From positions 352,001 to 416,000 of the forward strand of contig CAVZSQ010000022.1 of assembly GCA_963777955.1 (NCBI GenBank): a stretch of 64,000 nt of DNA, in the 5' to 3' direction. Each line of letters starts with the position of its first letter. Positions within the stretch are counted from its first letter, which is position 1. Of the stretch, positions 20,956 to 31,456 are shown piece after piece. Position numbers and translations under genes: made by a program. The DNA comes from Calditrichia bacterium. Lineage in GTDB: Bacteria > Calditrichota > Calditrichia > JAJRVZ01. Below the pieces are notes generated by a model. The model ran no database searches, had not been told where the DNA came from, and saw nothing but the letters and a program-made list of their open reading frames with translations.

Positions 20956-21447
20956 CTATTTACTGATCGTATTATCTGTTTTCTCCACCGGAAACTGCCT
21001 GGCTACCCACATCTCAAAACCGTCTGCTAATACCCGGACATTGCCGAATCCCTGCTGAGCAAGAAAGCCGGCCAAGCGTTGAGCGGAACCGCAATCTTTA
21101 TTGCAATAAACCAACAAAGGCCGCTCTGTGGCAATGGACGCAAAAAAATTCATGATCTGATCCATCGACCACCTCGCTGGCACATTCACCGCTTGCCGGA
21201 TATGACCCCGGGCAAATTCTTCCGGATAACGCGTATCGATAAACAGAACCTGACCTTGCTGATAAAGTAAATACGCCTGTTCAACGGAAATAAGATTTGT
21301 ATCGGACGAAGACGCCGCTTTGTAAATCAGCGGAATACCATTACTCGAAAAATAATTAAAAAACAGACCGGTTGCTGTTACCAGCAAAATAATGATGATG
21401 ATCTGTAAAAGAACATTATGCTGCACTGATTTTAAATTGAATACCAC
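20956..21447 (-). CDS. membrane-anchored rhodanese-like protein
   Basis: N-terminal TM, FIDTRYPEEFARGHIRQA, VYCNKDC, LADGFEMW. Confidence 0.88.
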   Translation of the reverse strand: MVFNLKSVQHNVLLQIIIIILLVTATGLFFNYFSSNGIPLIYKAASSSDTNLISVEQAYLLYQQGQVLFIDTRYPEEFARGHIRQAVNVPARWSMDQIMNFFASIATERPLLVYCNKDCGSAQRLAGFLAQQGFGNVRVLADGFEMWVARQFPVEKTDNTISK

Positions 21448-21471
21448 TAAGATCTCTCTTCGCTATTACTA

Positions 21472-23491
21472 TTATCTGATCAGAGTCATTTTCCGGGTAA
21501 AACTCGCCTGATCGTTATGTATCCGGTAAATATATAAACCCGAGGGCAACAATTTCCCCAGATTATTTGTCCCATTCCAGAAAAAAGTCTGATAACCGGC
21601 ATTAAAATTTTTCTGGTCATTATAGACCCGCTGACCTAAAACATTATATATATCAATAAACACCCGCCCCTGCTGGGGCAGGGCAATGGTTATCTGTGTA
21701 CCGGGATTAAAAGGGTTGGGATAGTTTTGCGAAACGGAAAACCTCCCGGGTAATTCCTGTGTAAAATAGCCCAGATAGGCTATAGAGATATTTTTCAATA
21801 CCCAGTTTCCCGGATCTACTATTAATGTATCCGGACGGGCAGGCAGAGTGAATTTGAACTCCTGGTTATTCAGATTATTCATCACATATATAGAAGTATC
21901 AATTCCTGTGCCGTTTAATTGTAAAGTCAAAGGCATCTGATAAAACTCAGCAGCGGGTTGATCAATCTTTATCTTGACCGTATAAGGAATGTCTCCATAT
22001 GTATACCAGGTGACCGAGTACTGCGGCCTTCCTTCACGATAAACCCATTCGCTAAAAAACCAATCCAAATCCTGACCGCTCTCCTGTTCGCAGATGAACT
22101 GGAAATCCTCGGTCAGTGCATTACCGTATTTCCAATCCGGATGATTGGCATAAGTTTTAAGGCTGCTAAAAAACAAGGAATCTCCCAGAACCCCCCGCAA
22201 CATATGCAGTACCCAGGACCCTTTGTCATAAACCGTACTGCTGAATAAAGCGCTGATATCCGTGGTATCGGCCACATACAAACTACCCGGATAATAATCC
22301 CGTTGCTGGGTTTTCATATATGTATGATAAGCCCTGTCTCCGCCCAGGTATTCCTGCCAGAGGGCCTCTGCATACGAAGCAAATCCCTCGTTTAACCAGA
22401 TATGCGACCAGTCTGCGCATGGTGATACAATCTCCAAACCATTGATGAGCCAGTTCATGGGCGTTGATAAAATCGAAAAAATGATTTCCGGTGATTAGTC
22501 CGGCGCCATACGAAGTAATGGTCTGGTGCTCCATGGCACCACCCCAGGGGAAAATTGCCAGGCCATATTTTTCTTTAAGGAAAGGATACTCGCCAAAAAC
22601 AGCCGCAAAGCAGGAAATCATTTCGGCGGTTATCGCCAGGTCCTCTGCTGCCTTGGCTAAATGTTCAGGCCAGACATAAAAATCAACCGGCATGGAATCA
22701 TTGCCGCTGGTTACATACCAGTCGTGCAGGGTCTGGTAATTGCTGATCGCCAGCGAAACCAGATAGGTACTGATAGGATAAACAGTTCGCCAGGTATAGG
22801 TAGTATGGGCAGCGTCCCGCCAGATTACCGATACCAATTTGCCATTGGATACGGCAGTCAGTCCATCCGGCACTGTTATGGAAATATATACCGAATCTGC
22901 TTTATCGGCTGGTATATCCTTGCAGGGCCACCAGGAAGGTGCTCCATAAGGTTCGCTCAAAGTCCAGATCATCGGTGCTGCCGGAGTACCATGATAATCC
23001 CAGCCAAAGGATCCGTAATTACTATATTCGGGATTTCCGTGATAACTTATCGTTATGCTGAACACTTCGCCAACATTCAATGATTGGATTAGAGTTATAC
23101 TGATCAAATCCTGTACCCGGGAATAGTTAAGTGCATTCAGATCCTGGTAGATGGAATCAATCTCTAAATCTGACAATAGGTCGATATCTAACTGACTTAA
23201 TCCGTTGCGCAGACTGCGGCCCTCAATAGTCACCTCACCGCTGAGCATGTTATTCTGCGGATCAAGGTCTATATTTATATTGTAAAAAGTGATATCAAAC
23301 TGACTCTGATTGGTTTGCAGTTGCCGGCTGTAATTATAATACTTGCTGATGAAGCGGTTTTTTTCGTTTTCGATCAGACTCTGACGCGCCAGCGCCTTTT
23401 GCAGTGGGGAATAATCCTGGGCCCGCAGGCATAGAAAAAATGAGAATAGTATAAAGATAAGTTGAAATATCAGGGTATGATTCTTTTTCAT
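21472..23491 (-). CDS. secreted M1 aminopeptidase with C-terminal FlgD/T9SS-like sorting domain (frameshift near 22420)
   Basis: GAMEH and HELAHQWFG in the 5' ORF; WLNEGFASY, VYDKG and SQNYPNPFNP in the 3' ORF. Confidence 0.9.
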
Positions 23492-23767
23492 GTAAGATTT
23501 ACAATATTCGTTTTAGCTGAAATCTCATTGCCGGTTACTGGTTTCAATCATTCCTCTACATGTATATGCAGATAAGATATATTTAGTTTCATTATAGTTA
23601 TTGAATATAACCAGAAATCAATTCAGCCCCGGGTTCATGATCGTTTAGCCCGGGTGAATTTGTTAAAATATATCTCCATAATCATTATTGCAAAAGTAAT
23701 AATATTTAAATAATTTACAAACTTCATAATTATATTATGTGCATCTAACGACTAGTGGAGGTTGAAA

Positions 23768-25109
23768 ATGTCGCTTTCGCATAAACGGATGGCTATTCTG
23801 GTTGGCGGAGGACCTGCACCCGGTATTAACAGTGTTATCGGTGCTGCCACAATCCGGGCTGTATTATCGGGCGCCGAAGTGATCGGGATTAAAGACGGCT
23901 TTAAATGGATAATGAGCGGGAATATTGAAAATGTTATGCCCTTGACCATAGAGCGAGTCAGCCGTATTCATTTCCGGGGAGGTTCCCTTCTCGGTATTGC
24001 ACGTGATAATCCGACTAAAGATAAAAAAAATCTGGAAAATACCGTGACGTCTTTATTACGTCTGAATGTTGATAAACTGGTCACGATCGGCGGTGATGAT
24101 ACAGCCTATTCGGCATACAAAGTACAGGAAATCGGTGAAAACCGCATCAGTGTGGTGCACGTCCCCAAAACCATCGATAATGATCTGGATCTGCCGCATG
24201 GTATCTGCACCTTCGGTTTTCAAACCGCCCGGCATCTGGGTGTGGACATTATCAAAAATATTATGGTCGATGCTAAAACGACCACCCGCTGGTATTTTGT
24301 AATCACTATGGGCCGCAAAGCCGGTCATCTGGCCCTGGGTATCGGCAAAGCAGCAGGTGCAACTTTGACCCTGATCCCGGAAGAGTTTACTGAAAAGAAG
24401 ATCCGTCTGAATAAAATAGTCGATATCCTGGTCGGCTCCATTATCAAACGTATCAGTTATGGCCGGCCGGATGGAGTTGCTATCATCGCCGAAGGTCTGG
24501 TGGAACATCTGGACGAACAGGATCTGCAGCAACTTGTGGACGTGGAACGTGACGAGCATAATAATATCCGTATCGCCGAGATCAATTTTGGTGAGATTTT
24601 AAAATATAAAGTTCAACAACGCCTGAAGGAATTTGGTCTGAAAATGACGGTGGTGGCCAAAAATATTGGTTACGAATTGCGTTGCGCGGATCCGATTCCT
24701 TTCGATATGGAATATACCCGCGATCTGGGTTTTCTGGCTGCTAAGTTTCTGTTCGATGGCGGCAGCGGCGCTCTGGTATCGATCCAGGGCGGACGCTTTG
24801 TCCCTATGTATTTCAAAGACATCATTGATCCCAAGACGAAAAAAATGAAAGTCCGCATGGTCGATCCGGAATCCGAATCTTATCTCATTGCTAATCGCTA
24901 TATGATCCGCCTGCGTCGCGATGACTTCGATGATCCCCATGAGCTGGCACGCTTCGCAGCAACAGCTGAATCTCTCCCTGCAGGAATTCCATAATCAGTT
25001 CTTCTATGTTGTGGCCGAGGGGAAAGAAGAAATAGCAAAAGGAAATGGCCACGCCCTGCAACGAGCCATGCAAGATGTGGAAGAGAAAGAAGAAAAAAAA
25101 GAAAAATAG
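23768..25109 (+). CDS. pfp: pyrophosphate-dependent phosphofructokinase (frameshift near 24968)
   Basis: GGGPAPG, GGDD and PKTIDND (PPi-type residues), MGRKAG, GYELRC; the C-terminus continues in the frame ending at 25109. Confidence 0.88.
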
Positions 25110-25261
25110 CCTTAATCATACGTTGAACTCCTGGCTAAGGAAAATTCTGAGCTGGGTCAAATCTGCTGATGAGTGCGGTCTGGATTTTTATGATTCATTT
25201 GTAAACTGATCGTAAACCGTGTAGTCGCAGATTCATTTCTGTGGCTGCCAGTGCTGTTTTC

Positions 25262-25858
25262 ATGATTGCAAGCGTAATCCTCAGTGCCGGTGCTTCCGTA
25301 CGCATGGGCACAGCCAAAGCGAATCTAAAGATCGGTAATACTACCTTCATCAATTCTATTCTGACCAAACTCCATTCCTGCGGAACTGCCGATATTTATA
25401 TTGTCACCGGATACCATCACCGGCAGATTTCACAAGCGCTGGATAGTACTAATCTCTGTAAAATACTTCATAATACCAATGCAGAACAGGGCCAGTTATC
25501 TTCCCTGCAACTGGCTATCCGCAATTTTGATCAGCAGATCACAGGCATGCTGGTGGCTTTAGTTGATCATCCCCTGGTGCGGGAAGATACCTACCGGGCA
25601 TTATTAAAATCAGCCCGGATGAATCCCCAGGCAATCATCATCCCGGTCCATCAGCAACAGCGCGGGCACCCGGTCTATTTCGGCAGAAAATTTTTCCAGG
25701 CTTTGCTGGAAACTCCGCTGACCCTGGGAGCACGCGAGGTAATTAAAAAAAATATTCAATCCGTTTATTCTCTGCCGGTATCCGATCCGGGCATCGTACA
25801 GGATATCGATACCCCGGACGATCTGATTAAATACCGTGGGGATTTAGCTGTATCATAA
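25262..25858 (+). CDS. mocA: molybdenum cofactor cytidylyltransferase-like NTP transferase
   Basis: ILSAGASVRMG..K, GQLSSL, LVDHP, GHPV, DIDTPDD; within an XDH-type cluster. Confidence 0.8.
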   Translation: MIASVILSAGASVRMGTAKANLKIGNTTFINSILTKLHSCGTADIYIVTGYHHRQISQALDSTNLCKILHNTNAEQGQLSSLQLAIRNFDQQITGMLVALVDHPLVREDTYRALLKSARMNPQAIIIPVHQQQRGHPVYFGRKFFQALLETPLTLGAREVIKKNIQSVYSLPVSDPGIVQDIDTPDDLIKYRGDLAVS

Positions 25859-25895
25859 AGGTACAGGATGTGTGGATAAATGCGGGAATGCACAA

Positions 25896-26666
25896 ATGAA
25901 TGAGATATATGTAAAGTTATTGGAATTGATCGAACAGCGTAAACCGGCAGCACTGGTAACGGTGATCGCTACCACGGGATCCACCCCGCGGGAAACCGGG
26001 ACAAAAATGCTGGTCAGGCCGGATGGCAGCAGTTATGGAACCGTTGGCGGTTCATCCGTCGAAGCGAAGATCATAGCCGCAGCCATAATATCTCTGCGCG
26101 AAGGTAAGTGCCTGAAGATTTCACACAATCTGGATGATGCGGTTCAGCATGATACGGGAATGATCTGCGGGGGGACCATGGAATTCTTCATCGAACCGGT
26201 CAATACAGCTCCTCTGCTGTACATCTTTGGTGCCGGACATGTCGCTCTGCCACTGGCCCGGCTGGCCAGCCAGGTAGGATTTGATTATATAATTATAGAA
26301 GACCGGCCTGAGTTTGCCACCCGTGAGCGGTTTCCCGAGGCCCGGGAACTACTCATAGCTAAACCGGATGAACTGGCCGGGCAGATTAATTTTTCGAGCA
26401 ACGATTATATTGCAATTGTCAGCCGCAGTCACGAGATTGATTTTCAGGTATTGCGCCGGGTCATTAACAAGCCATTTCATTACCTGGGCCTGATCGGCAG
26501 CAAAAAGAAACGGCAACAGATATTTGACCGCCTGCGGGATGACGGTGTCTCTGCAGAGCAGATCAATACTATCCACACCCCCATTGGCCTGGAAATCGGC
26601 GCAGAATCACCGCAGGAGATCGCTGTCAGTATTGTGGCTGAGCTGATTAAAATAAAGAATACTTAA
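25896..26666 (+). CDS. xdhC: XdhC/CoxI molybdoenzyme maturation chaperone
   Basis: GSTPRETG, CGG.M, FGAGHV, YLGLIGS, PIGLEIGAESPQEIA. Confidence 0.92.
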   Translation: MNEIYVKLLELIEQRKPAALVTVIATTGSTPRETGTKMLVRPDGSSYGTVGGSSVEAKIIAAAIISLREGKCLKISHNLDDAVQHDTGMICGGTMEFFIEPVNTAPLLYIFGAGHVALPLARLASQVGFDYIIIEDRPEFATRERFPEARELLIAKPDELAGQINFSSNDYIAIVSRSHEIDFQVLRRVINKPFHYLGLIGSKKKRQQIFDRLRDDGVSAEQINTIHTPIGLEIGAESPQEIAVSIVAELIKIKNT

Positions 26667-26689
26667 AAACAGGCAAGGAAGGTACTCTT

Positions 26690-27223
26690 ATGCTAAGACC
26701 GGAGATAGGCGAATATTCTCCTAATTATTTACAGTATATTAGACTGCTGCCTGACGGTGATATTTTAGAAATTCTTGAACAGCAGGGCAGAACGACCTTT
26801 GAACTTTTCAATAATTTAAGCGAGAAGAATGCGCTGTACCGCTATGATCCGGATAAATGGTGTATCAAGGAGATCATGCAACATTTAATCGATAGCGAAA
26901 GGGTCTTTACTTACCGAGCTCTGCGCATATCCCGGGCTGATACAGCACCCCTGCCCTCGTTCGACCAGGATGAATTTATCAGGAATTCAAATGTGCTGCA
27001 GCGCCTGCTCACTGATCTGGCCAATGAATACCAGTCGGTACGCCATGCCTCGCTGACCTTCTTCCGTGCGCTGGACGAAGAAATGACCCTGCGCGTGGGT
27101 ACAGCCAGCGGTAATCTGCTGACTGTAAGATCTATTCCCTGTATCATTGCCGGTCATGAACTTCATCATAACAATGTAGTCAGGGAAAAATATTTTAAAA
27201 TACTACCAGCGCAGCAAACGTAA
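26690..27223 (+). CDS. DinB-family protein
   Basis: RYDPDKWCIKEIMQHLIDSERVF, GHELHH. Confidence 0.88.
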   Translation: MLRPEIGEYSPNYLQYIRLLPDGDILEILEQQGRTTFELFNNLSEKNALYRYDPDKWCIKEIMQHLIDSERVFTYRALRISRADTAPLPSFDQDEFIRNSNVLQRLLTDLANEYQSVRHASLTFFRALDEEMTLRVGTASGNLLTVRSIPCIIAGHELHHNNVVREKYFKILPAQQT

Positions 27224-27277
27224 AACCCAGGGTGTAATTTTACCTGAACCTGTACAATTATAAAACCGGAGTGTTCT

Positions 27278-27929
27278 ATGCGTAATAAGCTGAAAGGGAA
27301 AAAGGGAAAAACCGGATCGGCCGTAATGAATCGGCGTAATTTTTTAAAAAGTATAGGTGTATCTTCAGTAAGTCTGGCTGCCCTGGAAGGCGAGGGATTG
27401 GTCGGCAAATTAAAAGCCAGCGGCTTAGTTCCGCAGGAACGTATTCTGGGGCCGGATCGGATCCAGGCCAGATTTCTGATCAACGGCGGGGAAAAAATAG
27501 TGGAAATCGAGCCGCAGACTGATGCTGGTCGATGTGATCCGCGATCATTTGCAGCTGACCGGAACTAAAATCGGCTGTAACCGTGGAGCCTGCGGGGCCT
27601 GTACGGTCATTCTAAACGGCCGGACGGTTAATTCCTGCCTGGTTTTTGCGGTTGACGCCATAGATGTACCGATTCAGACTATTGAGGAAATATCAGCTGA
27701 CCATCCGGATAAATTATTAGACCGCTTGCAAGCTGCCTTCATCGAACATGATGCCATGCAATGTGGATTTTGTACCAGCGGTATGTTGATGAGTTGCCGG
27801 GATTTGCTGATTCATAATCCGGCACCCACTGAACAGGAGATAAAGCTGGCGGTCAGCGGAAATCTATGCCGCTGTGCCACCTACCCGAATGTCATTAAAG
27901 CTGTTAAATCAGTTGAACAATATATCTGA
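27278..27929 (+). CDS. [2Fe-2S] subunit (PaoA-like) with Tat signal (frameshift near 27520)
   Basis: NRRNFLK Tat motif; GCNRGACGAC...SC; QCGFC...GNLCRC. Confidence 0.9.
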
Positions 27930-27939
27930 GGAGAAAAAC

Positions 27940-30210
27940 ATGTCCAAAAAGGTCAAATTAAAAGTCGGGCTGGAGACAAATCCTCAGCAAATAGAAATTG
28001 AAATACCTGAAGCGGATCCGCGTCCCTGGGATTTAACCGATAAATTGAAATGGATTGGTTCACGTGTACCCCGTATCGACGGACACTTAAAAACCAGCGG
28101 CCGGGCTAAATATACTTATGATATTCAATTACCCGGGATGTTATTTGCCAGAATTCTGCGTTCGCCATACCCTGCTGCCGTGGTAAAAAGTATTGATGTC
28201 TCGGCCGCAGAAAAATATCCGGGCGTCCGGGCCGTAGCCCGAGTACAGGATGATCTTCCGCTGGTGCTGCGTTTTGCCGGCCAGGAAATTCTGGCGGTGG
28301 CCGCCGATACAGCGCAGCAGGCTCAACAGGCACTAAAATTAGTGGAGATCGAATTTGAGATAAAACCGTTCGTTGTCGACCTGGATAAAGCCAGGCAAAG
28401 CGATGCACCCCTGGTTCACGAAAAAGAAGATGACAGGCAACTGACCAGCAATATCCGGCCGGCTGATATTAATCCCCGTGATGTTGTCCTAGAAGATGTG
28501 GACCGGATCATCGATGCTTCTGCTGCCGTCGTAGAAGCCACTTACCGTACCCAGGTGCAAACCCATTGCTGCCTGGAAACGCATGGATTAGTTGCTAAAT
28601 GGGATGAAGATAATATGATCACTGTCTGGATGTCCAGCCAGGCGACTTTTGCCTGCCGGGATAATATTGCCGAGTATTTCCATATCCCCAAAGCAAATAT
28701 ACGCGTGATTACCGAATTTATGGGGGGAGGATTTGGCTCCAAATTGTGGGCCTGGCCGGAAACTTATTTAGCCCTGAAACTGGCCAGAATAACTCACCGG
28801 CCGGTTCGCCTCATGCTGGAACGGAAAGAGGAACATCTTGCTACCGGTAACCGCCCCAATTCGGTCCAGACCCTGAAGGCAAGTGCAGGCCAGGATGGCA
28901 AAATTAGCGGCATCAAACTGATATCATACGGCAGTGCCGGTGTGGGTACCGATGCCGGCACCAGCGGACCTGCCAGATTTATCTATGATTGTGATAATAT
29001 TTATACTTCGGACTCGGATGTGTATATCAATGCCGGACCTGGCGCACCCATGCGTGCCCCGGGTCATCCCACCGGTGTTTTTGCTCTCGAACAGATCATC
29101 GATGAACTGGCTTACCGTTTGAAAATGGATCCGTTGGAATTCCGCCGGATCAATACACTTTCCGATGAAGTCCGGCAAATGGAATACAATATTGGTGCTG
29201 AAAAAATAGGCTGGTCCGGGCGTAATCCCATTCCGGGCGCCGGGAAAGGACCAATTAAACATGGGCTGGGAGTGGCTAATTCGCTGTGGTATTACAATAC
29301 TGAGACTGGTTTTGATGTGGCTTTGCAGATTTATAGTGATGGATCCGTGCTGCTGAAAAATGGAGTTCAGGATATCGGCGGTGGAACCTACACGGTCCTG
29401 GCCGCAGTTGTGGCTGAAGAATTGTCACTGCAACCTGCTGACATCATGGTCAGGATCGGTGATACCAATCTGGGTCTGGGGCCTGCCTCCGGCGGCAGTC
29501 AGACCGTGGCCAGCATCAGTCCGGCAGCCCGCAATGCTGCTTATACAGCCAAAATGCGTTTATTGAATATCGCTGCCGGCGCTCTGGAAGTGAAACCGGA
29601 AGAGTTGGTAATGGCCAGGGGGATTATTTCCGTGCCGGACAGACCGGATAAGAAATTATCCTGGGCGGAACTGACCGCAAAAATTCCGGGCGGGCAGTTT
29701 ACCGTTTATAGTGAACGCGCGCCAGATTACATTCCCATGAAACGCTGGAAAATAGCCGGTGTCCAATTCGCCGAAGTGGAAGTGGATGCGGAAACCGGGG
29801 TGGTACAGGTCAAACGGGTAGTAGCCGTTCATGATTGCGGCAAACCTATCGATCGTCTGACCATAGAGAATCAGATCCAGGGTGGGATCATACAGGGAAT
29901 CAGTTATGCACTTTTTGAGAACCGCATTCTGGATCGAAATACCGGAATAATGGTCAATCCGAATTTGGAACAGTATAAAATAGCCGGATCGCTTGATACA
30001 CCTCAGATCGAAACATATCTTGTGGAATATCCAGCAGGCCAGAGCAGTACCGGTGCAGTGGGCATCGGTGAACCTGCCACAATTCCCACGGCAGGTGCTG
30101 TGGCCAACGCGGTGTATCATGCCCTGGGTGTCCGGATCCGGGAATTGCCCATGACGCCGGCAAGAATACTCGCTGCCCTTGAATCAGTAAAAGGAGGGCC
30201 TGATGAATAA
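27940..30210 (+). CDS. xanthine dehydrogenase-family molybdopterin subunit (PaoC-like)
   Basis: GGGFGSK, MRAPG, SGGSQT, GIGEP. Confidence 0.93.
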   Translation: MSKKVKLKVGLETNPQQIEIEIPEADPRPWDLTDKLKWIGSRVPRIDGHLKTSGRAKYTYDIQLPGMLFARILRSPYPAAVVKSIDVSAAEKYPGVRAVARVQDDLPLVLRFAGQEILAVAADTAQQAQQALKLVEIEFEIKPFVVDLDKARQSDAPLVHEKEDDRQLTSNIRPADINPRDVVLEDVDRIIDASAAVVEATYRTQVQTHCCLETHGLVAKWDEDNMITVWMSSQATFACRDNIAEYFHIPKANIRVITEFMGGGFGSKLWAWPETYLALKLARITHRPVRLMLERKEEHLATGNRPNSVQTLKASAGQDGKISGIKLISYGSAGVGTDAGTSGPARFIYDCDNIYTSDSDVYINAGPGAPMRAPGHPTGVFALEQIIDELAYRLKMDPLEFRRINTLSDEVRQMEYNIGAEKIGWSGRNPIPGAGKGPIKHGLGVANSLWYYNTETGFDVALQIYSDGSVLLKNGVQDIGGGTYTVLAAVVAEELSLQPADIMVRIGDTNLGLGPASGGSQTVASISPAARNAAYTAKMRLLNIAAGALEVKPEELVMARGIISVPDRPDKKLSWAELTAKIPGGQFTVYSERAPDYIPMKRWKIAGVQFAEVEVDAETGVVQVKRVVAVHDCGKPIDRLTIENQIQGGIIQGISYALFENRILDRNTGIMVNPNLEQYKIAGSLDTPQIETYLVEYPAGQSSTGAVGIGEPATIPTAGAVANAVYHALGVRIRELPMTPARILAALESVKGGPDE

Positions 30211-31193
30211 TTTTGAATATGCTCTGCCCACCAGCATCGCTGAAGTTTTCCAGTATTTGAATTCGGCTTCAGCTATAATCAAGGCCGGCGGAGTAGATAT
30301 AATTGATCTGATGAAGGAAGAACTCATTGCGCCCAAACGCCTGGTTAATATTCGTACGCTCCCCGAATTGCTTATTGTCAAAGAAGATGCCAAGCGCGGG
30401 CTGCTGCTGGGACCCAATGTCATTCTGGCCGATCTGGCTGCACATCCGCTGATCCGTAATTCCTACCACGCTCTGGCTCAGGCTGCGGCGGATGTGGCCA
30501 CCCCGCAAATACGCAATATAGCCACACTGGGTGGAAATTTATGCCAGCGCCCCCGCTGCTGGTACTTCCGCAATATGCAATTTCCCTGTGCCCGCAAAGG
30601 GGGAAATACCTGCTATTCCCTGGACGGTGAAAATCAGTATCATGCCATCTTCGCTAACGCCGACGGTTGCGCGATTGTTCACCCCTCCGGCACTGCAGTG
30701 GCACTTATGGCCCTGGACGCCCGCCTGCAAATCGAAAACGGTCGTGACCCGCAGTAGGGTAGTATCTATCGAGAACTTTTTTATTACACCGGCTCAGGAT
30801 ATAACCCGGGAAAATATTTTAAAACAGGGCGAGCTGATCACGGAAATCAATATTCCGCTTGTTATTAAGAAATATAAAAGTTACTATTTCAAACTGAAGG
30901 AAAAACAGTCCTTCGATTGGGCCATCGCCGAAGTGGCTGTGGCGCTGCAACTCAATGGTAAACGCTGTCGTGATGCACGCATTGTTTTGGGGTCGGCCGC
31001 TCCGGTACCCTGGCGGGTTAAACCGGCTGAAGACATATTAAAGGAGACAACCATTAATAAGACTTCGGCCCGCCAGGCTGCCGAAACCGCCGTGCAGGGC
31101 GCCGAACCTCTGGAATTGAACAGATATAAAATCCGGGTTTTCAAAGCGGTCATATACCGTACGATCTGCCGGACAGCCGGGATAGAGCCATAG
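30203..31193 (+). CDS. FAD-binding subunit (PaoB-like, with [4Fe-4S] insertion; frameshift near 30750)
   Basis: AGGVD, QIRNIATLGGNLCQRPRCWYFR..C.RKGG..C....C..VHPS; the C-terminal half lies in the second frame. Confidence 0.9.
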
Positions 31194-31215
31194 TAAACTT
31201 AAACTTAAATTTTGG

Positions 31216-31431
31216 ATGGGTATGAAAAATAAAAAAAAGCAATGTCAGTTTTTCCGATTTGAAGAAACCCCCCAGCAGGGTAAAATAACCCGCGAATTCT
31301 GGCAGAAACGGGTCCTCACTACTAAAAATAGTTGGTGTGCGACTACGATGAAAGTGTTCGGTCCGGATAATTATCCGGTTCTGGCCAACAGATGTATTCC
31401 GGGTCGCAGTTGCTTTAAAGCCCCGGAGTGA
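31216..31431 (+). CDS. small Cys-containing hypothetical protein at the end of the molybdoenzyme operon
   Basis: 71 aa with 4 Cys (C..WC..GPD..C.PGRSCF), 22 bp after the FAD subunit gene. Confidence 0.6.
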   Translation: MGMKNKKKQCQFFRFEETPQQGKITREFWQKRVLTTKNSWCATTMKVFGPDNYPVLANRCIPGRSCFKAPE

Positions 31432-31456
31432 TGAGTTTAGATTTCTTGGTGCAGCG

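Noticed and set aside
23620..23660. cccggg-containing imperfect hairpin between the peptidase and pfp genes
   Set aside because: Degenerate, single copy, no assignable function
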